Below are positions 33,557 through 48,254 of a stretch of 64,000 bases of DNA, piece by piece. The position numbers and the translations under genes are program-made. The notes under the pieces were generated by a model, which had not been told where the DNA came from, did no database searches, and saw nothing but the letters and a program-made list of their open reading frames with translations. Location of the stretch: NCBI GenBank assembly GCA_964016885.1, contig OZ024743.1, positions 163,556,001 to 163,620,000 of the forward strand, written 5' to 3'. The DNA comes from Eledone cirrhosa. Lineage: Eukaryota. Each line of letters begins with the position of its first letter. Positions within the stretch are counted from its first letter, which is position 1.

Positions 33557-36424
33557 CCCAGTAAAAGTTAGTACACTGAGACTGCAGACACCCATCATAT
33601 ATATATATATATGTGTGTGTCCCAGTAAAAGTTAGTAGACTGAGACTGCAGACATCCATCATATATATATATGTGTGTGTGTCCCAGTAAAAGTTAGTAC
33701 ACTGAGAGTGCAGACATCCATCATATATATAGATGTGTGTGTGTGTCCCAGTAAAAGTTAGTAGACTGAGACTGCAGACATCCATCATATATATATATGT
33801 GTGTGTCCCAGTAAAAGTTAGTACACTGAGACTGCAGACATCCATCATATATATATATGTGTGTGTGTCCCAGTAAAAGTTAGTACACTGAGACTGCAGA
33901 CATCCATCATATATATATATATGTGTGTGTGTCCCAGTAAAAGTTAGAACACTGAGACTGCAGACATCCATCATATATATAGATGTATGTGTGTCCCCCA
34001 GTAAAAGTTAGAACACTGAGACTGCAGACATCCATCATATATATATATGTGTGTGTGTCCCAGTAAAAGTTAGAACACTGAGACTGCAGACATCCATCAT
34101 ATATATATATATGTGTGTGTGTCCCAGTAAAAGTTAGTACACTGAGACTGCAGACATCCATCATATATATATATATGTGTGTGTGTCCCAGTAAAAGTTA
34201 GAACACTGAGACTGCAGACATCCATCATATATATATATATGTGTGTGTGTCCCAGTAAAAGTTAGAACACTGAGACTGCAGACATCCATCATATATATAG
34301 ATGTATGTGTGTCCCCCAGTAAAAGTTAGAACACTGAGACTGCAGACATCCATCATATATATATATATGTGTGTGTGTCCCAGTAAAAGTTAGTACACTG
34401 AGACTGCAGACATCCATCATATATATATATATGTGTGTGTGTCCCAGTAAAAGTTAGTACACTGAGACTGCAGACATCCATCATATATATATATATGTGT
34501 GTGTGTCCCAGTAAAAGTTAGAACACTGAGACTGCAGACATCCATCATATATATATATATGTGTGTGTGTCCCAGTAAAAGTTAGAACACTGAGACTGCA
34601 GACATCCATCATATATATATATATGTGTGTGTGTCCCAGTAAAAGTTAGTACACTGAGACTGCAGACATCCATCATATATATATATGTGTGAGTGTCCCA
34701 GTAAAAGTTAGAACACTGAGACTGCAGACATCCATCATATATATATATATATGTGTGTGTCTCAGTAAAAGTTACAACACTGAGACTGCAGACATCCATC
34801 ATATATATATATATATGTGTGTGTGTCCCAGCAAAAGTTAGTACACTGAGACTGCAGACATCCATCATATATATATATGTGTGTGTCCCAGTAAAAGTTA
34901 GTACACTGAGACTGCAGACATCCATCATATATATATATGTGTGTGTGTCCTAGTAAAAGTTAGTACACTGGGACTGCAGACATCCATCGTATATATATAT
35001 GTGTGTGTCCCAGTAAAAGTTAGTAGACTGAGACTGCAGACATCCATCATATATATATATATATGTGTGTGTGTCCCAGTAAAAGTTAGTACACTGAGAC
35101 TGCAGACATCCATCATATATATATATGTGTGTGTCCCAGTAAAAGTTAGTACACTGAGAGTGCAGACATCCATCATATATATAGATGTGTGTGTGTGTCC
35201 CAGTAAAAGTTAGTAGACTGAGACTGCAGACATCCATCATATATATATATATATGTGTGTGTGTCCCAGTAAAAGTTAGAACACTGAGACTGCAGACATC
35301 CATCATATATATATATGTGTGTGTGTCCCAGTAAAAGTTAGTACACTGAGACTGCAGACATCCATCATATATATATATGTGTGTGTGTCCCAGTAAAAGT
35401 TAGTACACTGAGACTGCAGACATCCATCATATATATATATGTGTGTGTCCCAGTAAAAGTTAGTACACTGAGAGTGCAGACATCCATCATATATATAGAT
35501 GTGTGTGTGTGTCCCAGTAAAAGTTAGTACACTGAGACTGCAGACATCCATCATATATATATATATATGTGTGTGTGTCCCAGTAAAAGTTAGAACACTG
35601 AGACTGCAGACATCCATCATATATATATATGTGTGTGTGTCCCAGTAAAAGTTAGTACACTGAGACTGCAGACATCCATCATATATATATATGTGTGTGT
35701 GTCCCAGTAAAAGTTAGTACACTGAGACTGCAGACATCCATCATATATATATATGTGTGTGTGTCCCAGTAAAAGTTAGAACACTGAGACTGCAGACATC
35801 CATCATATATATATATGTGTGTGTGTCCCAGTAAAAGTTAGTACACTGAGACTGCAGACATCCATCATATATATATATGTGTGTGTGTCCCAGTAAAAGT
35901 TAGTACACTGAGACTGCAGACATCCATCATATATATATATGTGTGTGTGTCCCAGTAAAAGTTAGTACACTGAGACTGCAGACATCCATCATATATATAT
36001 ATATATATGTGTGTGTGTCCCAGTAAAAGTTAGTACACTGAGACTGCAGACATCCATCATATATATATGTGTGTGTGTGTCCCAGTAAAAGTTAGTACAC
36101 TGAGACTGCAGACATCCATCATATATATATATGTGTGTGTCCCAGTAAAAGTTAGTAGACTGAGACTGCAGACATCCATCATATATATATATGTGTGTGT
36201 CCCAGTAAAAGTTAGTACACTGAGACTGCAGACATCCATCATATATATATATGTGTGTGTCCTAGTAAAAGTTAGTACACTGAGACTGCAGACATCCATC
36301 ATATATATATATATGTGTGTGTCCCAGTAAAAGTTAGTACACTGAGACTGCAGACATCCATCATATATATATATATATATGTGTGTGTCCCAGTAAAAGT
36401 TAGTACACTGAGACTGCAGACATT

Positions 36425-36463
<39 letters not shown>

Positions 36464-38563
36464 CCCAGTAAAAGTTAGTACACTGAGACTGCAGACATCC
36501 ATCATATATATATATGTGTGTGTCCCAGTAAAAGTTAGTAGACTGAGACTGCAGACATCCATCATATATATATATGTGTGTGTCCCAGTAAAAGTTAGTA
36601 CACTGAGACTGCAGACATCCATCATATATATATATGTGTGTGTGTCCCAGTAAAAGTTAGTACACTGAGACTACAGACATCCATCATATATATATATGTG
36701 TGTGTGTCCCAGTAAAAGTTAGTAGACTGAGACTGCAGACATCCATCATATATATATATGTGTGTGTGTCCCAGTAAAAGTTAGTACACTGAGACTGCAG
36801 ACATCCATCATATATATATATATATGTGTGTGTGTCCCAGTAAAAGTTAGAACACTGAGACTGCAGACATCCATCATATATATATATATGTGTGTGTCCC
36901 AGTAAAAGTTAGAACACTGAGACTGCAGACATCCATCATATATATATATATGTGTGTGTCCCAGTAAAAGTTAGAACACTGAGACTGCAGACATCCATCA
37001 TATATATATGTGTGTGTGTGTCCCAGTAAAAGTTAATACACTGAGACTGCAGACATCCATCATATATATATATGTGTGTGTCCCAGTAAAAGTTAATACA
37101 CTGAGACTGCAGACATCCATCATATATATATATGTGTGTGTGTCCCAGTAAAAGTTAGAACACTGAGACTGCAGACATCCATCATATATATATATGTGTG
37201 TGTGTCCCAGTAAAAGTTAGAACACTGAGACTGCAGACATCCATCATATATATATATGTGTGTGTGTCCCAGTAAAAGTTAGTACACTGAGACTGCAGAC
37301 ATCCATCATATATATATATATATGTGTGTGTCCCAGTAAAATCTAGAACACTGAGACTGCAGACATCCATCATATATATATATGTGTGTGTCCCAGTAAA
37401 AGTTAGAACACTGAGACTGCAGACATCCATCATATATATATATATATGTGTGTGTCCCAGTAAAAGTTAGTACACTGAGACTGCAGACATCCATCATATA
37501 TATATATGTGTGGGTGTCCCAGTAAAAGTTAGTACACTGAGACTGCAGACATCCATCATATATATATATATATGTGTGTGTCCCAGTAAAAGTTAGTACA
37601 CTGAGACTGCAGACATCCATCATATATATATATGTGTGGGTGTCCCAGTAAAAGTTAGTACACTGAGACTGCAGACATCCATCATATATATATATGTGTG
37701 TGTGTCCCAGTAAAAGTTAGAACACTGAGACTGCAGACATCCATCATATATATATATATGTGTGTGTGTCCCAGTAAAAGTTAGTAGACTGAGACTGCAG
37801 ACATCCATCATATATATATATGTGTGTGTGTCCCAGTAAAAGTTAGAACACTGAGACTGCAGACATCCATCATATATATATATGTGTGGGTGTCCCAGTA
37901 AAAGTTACAACACTGAGACTGCAGACATCCATCATATATATATATATATGTGTGTGTGTCCCAGTAAAAGTTAGAACACTGAGACTGCAGACATCCATCA
38001 TATATATATATATGTGTGTGTGTCCCAGTAAAAGTTAGTAGACTGAGACTGCAGACATCCATCATATATATATATGTGTGTGTGTCCCAGTAAAAGTTAG
38101 AACACTGAGACTGCAGACATCCATCATATATATATATGTGTGGGTGTCCCAGTAAAAGTTAATACACTGAGACTGCAGACATCCATCATATATATATATA
38201 TATGTGTGTGTCCCAGTAAAATCTAGAACACTGAGACTGCAGACATCCATCATATATATATATGTGTGTGTCCCAGTAAAAGTTAGAACACTGAGACTGC
38301 AGACATCCATCATATATATATATATATGTGTGTGTGTCCCAGTAAAAGTTAGAACACTGAGACTGCAGACATCCATCATATATATATATGTGTGTGTCCC
38401 AGTAAAAGTTAGTACACTGAGACTGCAGACATCCATCATATATATATATATATGTGTGTGTCCCAGTAAAAGTTACAACACTGAGACTGCAGACATCCAT
38501 CATATATATATATATATGTGTGTGTGTCCCAGTAAAAGTTAGTACACTGAGACTGCAGACATT

Positions 38564-38602
<39 letters not shown>

Positions 38603-41600
38603 CCCAGTAAAAGTTAGTACACTGAGACTGCAGACACCCATCATATATATATATATATGTGTGTGTCCCAGTAAAAGTTAGTAGACTGAGACTGCAGACA
38701 TCCATCATATATATATATGTGTGTGTGTCCCAGTAAAAGTTAGTACACTGAGAGTGCAGACATCCATCATATATATAGATGTGTGTGTGTGTCCCAGTAA
38801 AAGTTAGTACACTGAGACTGCAGACATCCATCATATATATATATATATATGTGTGTGTGTCCCAGTAAAAGTTAGAACACTGAGAGTGCAGACATCCATC
38901 ATATATATATATGTGTGTGTCCCCCAGTAAAAGTTAGTACACTGAGACTGCAGACATCCATCATATATATGTATATGTGTGTGTGTCCCAGTAAAAGTTA
39001 GTACACTGAGACTGCAGACATCCATCATATATATATATATGTGTGTGTGTCCCAGTAAAAGTTAGAACACTGAGACTGCAGACATCCATCATATATATAG
39101 ATGTATGTGTGTCCCCCAGTAAAAGTTAGAACACTGAGACTGCAGACATCCATCATATATATATATGTGTGTGTGTCCCAGTAAAAGTTAGAACACTGAG
39201 ACTGCAGACATCCATCATATATATATATATGTGTGTGTGTCCCAGTAAAAGTTAGTACACTGAGACTGCAGACATCCATCATATATATATATATGTGTGT
39301 GTGTCCCAGTAAAAGTTAGAACACTGAGACTGCAGACATCCATCATATATATATATATGTGTGTGTGTCCCAGTAAAAGTTAGAACACTGAGACTGCAGA
39401 CATCCATCATATATATAGATGTATGTGTGTCCCCCAGTAAAAGTTAGAACACTGAGACTGCAGACATCCATCATATATATATATATGTGTGTGTGTCCCA
39501 GTAAAAGTTAGTACACTGAGACTGCAGACATCCATCATATATATATATATGTGTGTGTGTCCCAGTAAAAGTTAGTACACTGAGACTGCAGACATCCATC
39601 ATATATATATATATGTGTGTGTGTCCCAGTAAAAGTTAGAACACTGAGACTGCAGAGATCCATCATATATATATATATGTGTGTGTGTCCCAGTAAAAGT
39701 TAGAACACTGAGACTGCAGACATCCATCATATATATATATATGTGTGTGTGTCCCAGTAAAAGTTAGTACACTGAGACTGCAGACATCCATCATATATAT
39801 ATATGTGTGAGTGTCCCAGTAAAAGTTAGAACACTGAGACTGCAGACATCCATCATATATATATATATATGTGTGTGTCTCAGTAAAAGTTACAACACTG
39901 AGACTGCAGACATCCATCATATATATATATATATGTGTGTGTGTCCCAGCAAAAGTTAGTACACTGAGACTGCAGACATCCATCATATATATATATATGT
40001 GTGTGTCCCAGTAAAAGTTAGTACACTGAGACTGCAGACATCCATCATATATATATATGTGTGTGTGTCCTAGTAAAAGTTAGTACACTGGGACTGCAGA
40101 CATCCATCGTATATATATATATGTGTGTCCCAGTAAAAGTTAGTACACTGAGACTGCAGACATCCATCATATATATATATATGTGTGTCCCCCAGTAAAA
40201 GTTAGAACACTGAGACTGCAGACATCCATCATATATATATATATGTGTGTGTGTCCCAGTAAAAGTTAGTAGACTGAGACTGCAGACATCCATCATATAT
40301 ATATATATATGTGTGTGTGTCCCAGTAAAAGTTAGTACACTGAGACTGCAGACATCCATCATATATATATATATGTGTGTGTGTCCCAGTAAAAGTTACA
40401 ACACTGAGACTGCAGACATCCATCATATATATATATATGTGTGTGTGTCCCAGTAAAAGTTAGTACACTGAGACTGCAGACATCCATCATATATATATAT
40501 ATGTGTGTGTGTCCCAGTAAAAGTTACAACACTGAGACTGCAGACATCCATCATATATATATATATATATGTGTGTGTGTCCCAGTAAAAGTTAGTACAC
40601 TGAGACTGCAGACATCCATCATATATATATATGTGTGTGTGTCCCAGTAAAAGTTAGTACACTGAGACTGCAGACATCCATCATATATATATATATGTGT
40701 GTGTGTCCCAGTAAAAGTTACAACACTGAGACTGCAGACATCCATCATATATATATGTGTGTGTGTGTCCCAGTAAAAGTTAGTACACTGAGACTGCAGA
40801 CATCCATCATATATATATATGTGTGTGTGTCCCAGTAAAAGTTAGTACACTGAGACTGCAGACATCCATCATATATATATATGTGTGTGTCCCAGTAAAA
40901 GTTAGTACACTGAGACTGCAGACATCCATCATATATATATATATATGTGTGTGTGTGTCCTAGTAAAAGTTAGTACACTGAGACTGCAGACATCCATCAT
41001 ATATATATATATGTGTGTGTCCCAGTAAAAGTTAGTACACTGAGACTGCAGACATCCATCATATATATATATATATATGTGTGTGTGTCCCAGTAAAAGT
41101 TAGTACACTGAGACTGCAGACATCCATCATATATATATATGTGTGTGTCCCAGTAAAAGTTAGTAGACTGAGACTGCAGACATCCATCATATATATATAT
41201 GTGTGTGTCCCAGTAAAAGTTAGTACACTGAGACTGCAGACATCCATCATATATATATATGTGTGTGTGTCCCAGTAAAAGTTAGTACACTGAGACTACA
41301 GACATCCATCATATATATATATGTGTGTGTGTCCCAGTAAAAGTTAGTAGACTGAGACTGCAGACATCCATCATATATATATATGTGTGTGTGTCCCAGT
41401 AAAAGTTAGTACACTGAGACTGCAGACATCCATCGTATATATATATATGTGTGTGTGTCCCAGTAAAAGTTAGTACACTGAGACTGCAGACATCCATCAT
41501 ATATATATATGTGTGTGTGTCCCAGTAAAAGTTAGAACACTGAGACTGCAGACATCCATCATATATATATATATGTGTGTGTGTCCCAGTAAAAGTTAGT

Positions 41601-44600
41601 ACACTGAGACTGCAGACATCCATCATGTATATATATGTGTGTGTGTCCCAGTAAAAGTTAGTACACTGAGACTGCAGACATCCATCATATATATATGTGT
41701 GTGTGTGTCCCAGTAAAAGTTAGTACACTGAGAGTGCAGACATCCATCATATATATATATATATATATGTGTGTGTGTCCTAGTAAAATTTAGTACACTG
41801 AGACTGCAGACATCCATCATATATATATGTGTGTGTGTGTCCCAGTAAAAGTTAGTACACTGAGAGTGCAGACATCCATCATATATATATATGTGTGTGT
41901 GTCCCCCAGTAAAAGTTAGAACACTGAGACTGCAGACATCCATCATATATATATAATGTGTGTGTGTGTCCCAGTAAAAGTTAGTACACTGAGACTGCAG
42001 ACATCCATCATATATATATATGTGTGTGTGTCCCAGTAAAAGTTAGTACACTGAGACTGCAGACATCCATCATATATATATATGTGTGTGTGTCCCAGTA
42101 AAAGTTAGTACACTGAGACTGCAGACATCCATCATATATATATATATATGTGTGTGTCCCAGTAAAAGTTAGAATACTGAGACTGCAGACATCCATCATA
42201 TATATATATGTGTGTGTGTCCCAGTAAAAGTTAGAACACTGAGACTGCAGACATCCATCATATATATATATGTGTGTGTCCCAGTAAAAGTTAGTAGACT
42301 GAGACTGCAGACATCCATCATATATATATATATGTGTGTGTGTCCCAGTAAAAGTTAGTACACTGAGACTGCAGACATCCATCATATATATATATATATG
42401 TGTGTGTGTCCCAGTAAAAGTTAGTACACTGAGACTGCAGACATCCATCATATATATATATGTGTGTGTGTCCCAGTAAAAGTTAGTACACTGAGACTGC
42501 AGACATCCATCATATATATATATGTGTGTGTCCCCCAGTAAAAGTTAGTACACTGAGACTGCAGACATCCATCATATATATATATATATGTGTGTCCCAG
42601 TAAAAGTTAGAACACTGAGACTGCAGACATCCATCATATATATATATGTGTGTGTGTCCCAGTAAAAGTTAGTACACTGAGACTGCAGACATCCATCATA
42701 TATATATATATGTGTGTGTGTCCCAGTAAAAGTTAGTACACTGAGACTGCAGACACCCATCATATATATATATGTGTGTGTCCCAGTAAAAGTTAGTACA
42801 CTGAGACTGCAGACATCCATCATATATATATATGTGTGTGTCCCAGTAAAAGTTAGTACACTGAGACTGCAGACATCCATCATATATATATATGTGTGTG
42901 TCCCAGTAAAAATTAGTAGACTGACACTGCAGACATCCATCATATATATATATGTGTGTGTGTCCCAGTAAAAGTTAGTACACTGAGACTGCAGACATCC
43001 ATCATATATATATATATATGTGTGTGTGTCCCAGTAAAAGTTAGAACACTGAGACTGCAGACATCCATCATATATATATATGTGTGTGTGTGTCCCAGTA
43101 AAAGTTAGTACACTGAGACTGCAGACATCCATCATATATATATATGTGTGTGTGTCCCAGTAAAAGTTAGTACACTGAGACTGCAGACATCCATCATATA
43201 TATATATATGTGTGTGTGTCCCAGTAAAAGTTAGTACACTGAGACTGCAGACATCCATCATATATATATATATGTGTGTGTGTCCCAGTAAAAGTTAGTA
43301 CACTGAGACTGCAGACATCCATCATATATATATATATGTGTGTGTCCCAGTAAAAGTTAGAACACTGAGACTGCAGACATCCATCATATATATATATGTG
43401 TGTGTGTCCCAGTAAAAGTTAGAACACTGAGACTGCAGACATCCATCATATATATATGTGTGTGTGTGTCCCAGTAAAAGTTAGTACACTGAGACTGCAG
43501 ACATCCATCATATATATATATGTGTGTGTGTCCCAGTAAAAGTTAGAACACTGAGACTGCAGACATCCATCATATATATATATATGTGTGTGTCCCAGTA
43601 AAAGTTAGAACACTGAGACTGCAGACATCCATCATATATATATATGTGTGTGTGTCCCAGTAAAAGTTAGAACACTGAGACTGCAGACATCCATCATATA
43701 TATATATATGTGTGTGTCCCAGTAAAAGTTAGTACACTGAGACTGCAGACATCCATCATATATATATATATGTGTGTGTCCCAGTAAAAGTTAGTACACT
43801 GAGACTGCAGACATCCATCATATATATATATGTGTGTGTGTCCCAGTAAAAGTTAGTACACTGAGACTGCAGACATCCATCATATATATATATGTGTGTG
43901 TGTCCCAGTAAAAGTTAGTACACTGAGACTACAGACATCCATCATATATATATATGTGTGTGTGTCCCAGTAAAAGTTAGAACACTGAGACTGCAGACAT
44001 CCATCATATATATATATGTGTGTGTGTCCCAGTAAAAGTTAGTACACTGAGACTGCAGACATCCATCATATATATATATGTGTGTGTGTCCCAGTAAAAG
44101 TTAGTACACTGAGACTACAGACATCCATCATATATATATATGTGTGTGTGTCCCAGTAAAAGTTAGAACACTGAGACTGCAGACATCCATCATATATATA
44201 TATATGTGTGTGTGTCCCAGTAAAAGTTAGTACACTGAGACTATAGACATCCATCATATATATATATATATATGTGTGTGTCCCAGTAAAAGTTACAACA
44301 CTGAGACTGCAGACATCCATCATATATATATATATGTGTGTGTGTCCCAGTAAAAGTTAGTACACTGAGACTGCAGACATCCATCATATATATATATGTG
44401 TGTGTCCCAGTAAAAGTTAGTAGACTGAGACTGCAGACATCCATCATATATATATATGTGTGTGTGTCCCAGTAAAAGTTAGTACACTGAGACTGCAGAC
44501 ATCCATCATATATATATATGTGTGTGTGTCCCAGTAAAAGTTAGTACACTGAGACTGCAGACATCCATCATATATATATATGTGTGTGTGTGTCCCAGTA

Positions 44601-47600
44601 AAAGTTAGTACACTGAGACTGCAGACATCCATCATATATATATATATATATGTGTGTGTGTCCCAGTAAAAGTTAGTACACTGAGACTACAGACATCCAT
44701 CATATATATATATGTGTGTGTGTCCCAGTAAAAGTTAGTAGACTGAGACTGCAGACATCCATCATATATATATATGTGTGTGTGTCCCAGTAAAAGTTAG
44801 TACACTGAGACTGCAGACATCCATCATATATATATATATGTGTGTGTGTCCCAGTAAAAGTTAGTACACTGAGACTGCAGACATCCATCATGTATATATA
44901 TGTGTGTGTGTCCCAGTAAAAGTTAGTACACTGAGACTGCAGACATCCATCATATATATATATATGTGTGTCCCAGTAAAAGTTAGTACACTGAGACTGC
45001 AGACATCCATCATATATATATGTGTGTGTGTGTCCCAGTAAAAGTTAGTACACTGAGAGTGCAGACATCCATCATATATATATATATATATATGTGTGTG
45101 TGTCCTAGTAAAATTTAGTACACTGAGACTGCAGACATCCATCATATATATATGTGTGTGTGTGTCCCAGTAAAAGTTAGTACACTGAGAGTGCAGACAT
45201 CCATCATATATATATATATGTGTGTGTGTCCCCCAGTAAAAGTTAGAACACTGAGACTGCAGACATCCATCATATATATATATATGTGTGTGTCCCAGTA
45301 AAAGTTAGTAGACTGAGACTGCAGACATCCATCATATATATATATATGTGTGTGTGTCCCAGTAAAAGTTAGTACACTGAGACTGCAGACATCCATCATA
45401 TATATATATATGTGTGTGTGTCCCAGTAAAAGTTAGTACACTGAGACTGCAGACATCCATCATATATATATATGTGTGTGTGTCCCAGTAAAAGTTAGTA
45501 CACTGAGACTGCAGACATCCATCATATATATATATGTGTGTGTGTCCCAGTAAAAGTTAGTACACTGAGACTGCAGACATCCATCATATATATATATATA
45601 TGTGTGTGTCCCAGTAAAAGTTAGAATACTGAGACTGCAGACATCCATCATATATATATATGTGTGTGTCCCAGTAAAAGTTAGTAGACTGAGACTGCAG
45701 ACATCCATCATATATATATATATGTGTGTGTGTCCCAGTAAAAGTTAGAACACTGAGACTGCAGACATCCATCATATATATATATGTGTGTGTCCCAGTA
45801 AAAGTTAGTACACTGAGACTGCAGACATCCATCATATATATATATGTGTGTGTGTCCCAGTAAAAGTTAGAACACTGAGACTGCAGACATCCATCATATA
45901 TATATATGTGTGTGTGTCCCAGTAAAAGTTAGTAGACTGAGACTGCAGACATCCATCATATATATATATATATGTGTGTGTGTCCCAGTAAAAGTTAGAA
46001 CACTGAGACTGCAGACATCCATCATATATATATATATGTGTGTGTCCCAGTAAAAGTTAGTACACTGAGACTGCAGACATCCATCATATATATATATGTG
46101 TGTGTGTCCCAGTAAAAGTTAGTACACTGAGACTGCAGACATCCATCATATATATATATATATGTGTGTGTGTCCCAGTAAAAGTTAGTACACTGAGACT
46201 GCAGACATCCATCATATATATATATGTGTGTGTGTCCCAGTAAAAGTTAGTACACTGAGACTGCAGACATCCATCATATATATATATGTGTGTGTCCCAG
46301 TAAAAGTTAGTACACTGAGACTGCAGACATCCATCATATATATATATGTGTGTGTCCCAGTAAAAGTTAGTAGACTGAGACTGCAGACATCCATCATATA
46401 TATATATGTGTGTGTGTCCCAGTAAAAGTTAGTACACTGAGACTGCAGACATCCATCATATATATATATATGTGTGTGTGTCCCAGTAAAAGTTAGTACA
46501 CTGAGACTGCAGACACCCATCATATATATATATGTGTGTGTCCCAGTAAAAGTTAGTACACTGAGACTGCAGACATCCATCATATATATATATGTGTGTG
46601 TCCCAGTAAAAGTTAGTACACTGAGACTGCAGACATCCATCATATATATATATGTGTGTGTCCCAGTAAAAATTAGTAGACTGACACTGCAGACATCCAT
46701 CATATATATATATGTGTGTGTGTCCCAGTAAAAGTTAGTACACTGAGACTGCAGACATCCATCATATATATATATATATGTGTGTGTGTCCCAGTAAAAG
46801 TTAGAACACTGAGACTGCAGACATCCATCATATATATATATGTGTGTGTGTGTCCCAGTAAAAGTGAGTACACTGAGACTGCAGACATCCATCATATATA
46901 TATATGTGTGTGTGTCCCAGTAAAAGTTAGTACACTGAGACTGCAGACATCCATCATATATATATATATGTGTGTGTGTCCCAGTAAAAGTTAGTACACT
47001 GAGACTGCAGACATCCATCATATATATATATATGTGTGTGTGTCCCAGTAAAAGTGAGTACACTGAGACTGCAGACATCCATCATATATATATATATGTG
47101 TGTGTCCCAGTAAAAGTTAGAACACTGAGACTGCAGACATCCATCATATATATATATATGTGTGTGTCCCAGTAAAAGTTAGAACACTGAGACTGCAGAC
47201 ATCCATCATATATATATATGTGTGTGTGTCCCAGTAAAAGTTAGAACACTGAGACTGCAGACATCCATCATATATATATATATGTGTGTGTCCCAGTAAA
47301 AGTTAGTACACTGAGACTGCAGACATCCATCATATATATATATATGTGTGTGTCCCAGTAAAAGTTAGTACACTGAGACTGCAGACATCCATCATATATA
47401 TATATGTGTGTGTGTCCCAGTAAAAGTTAGTACACTGAGACTGCAGACATCCATCATATATATATATGTGTGTGTGTCCCAGTAAAAGTTAGTACACTGA
47501 GACTACAGACATCCATCATATATATATATGTGTGTGTGTCCCAGTAAAAGTTAGAACACTGAGACTGCAGACATCCATCATATATATATATGTGTGTGTG

Positions 47601-48222
47601 TCCCAGTAAAAGTTAGTACACTGAGACTGCAGACATCCATCATATATATATATGTGTGTGTGTCCCAGTAAAAGTTAGTACACTGAGACTACAGACATCC
47701 ATCATATATATATATGTGTGTGTGTCCCAGTAAAAGTTAGAACACTGAGACTGCAGACATCCATCATATATATATATATGTGTGTGTGTCCCAGTAAAAG
47801 TTAGTACACTGAGACTATAGACATCCATCATATATATATATATATATGTGTGTGTCCCAGTAAAAGTTACAACACTGAGACTGCAGACATCCATCATATA
47901 TATATATATGTGTGTGTGTCCCAGTAAAAGTTAGTACACTGAGACTATAGACATCCATCATATATATATATATATATATGTGTGTGTGTCCCAGTAAAAG
48001 TTAGTACACTGAGACTGCAGACATCCATCATATATATATATGTGTGTGTGTCCCAGTAAAAGTTAGTACACTGAGACTGCAGACATCCATCATATATATA
48101 TATATGTGTGTGTGTCCCAGTAAAAGTTAGTACACTGAGACTGCAGACATCCATCATATATATATATATATATGTGTGTGTCCCAGTAAAAGTTAGTACA
48201 CTGAGACTGCAGACATTCCATC

Positions 48223-48254
<32 letters not shown>

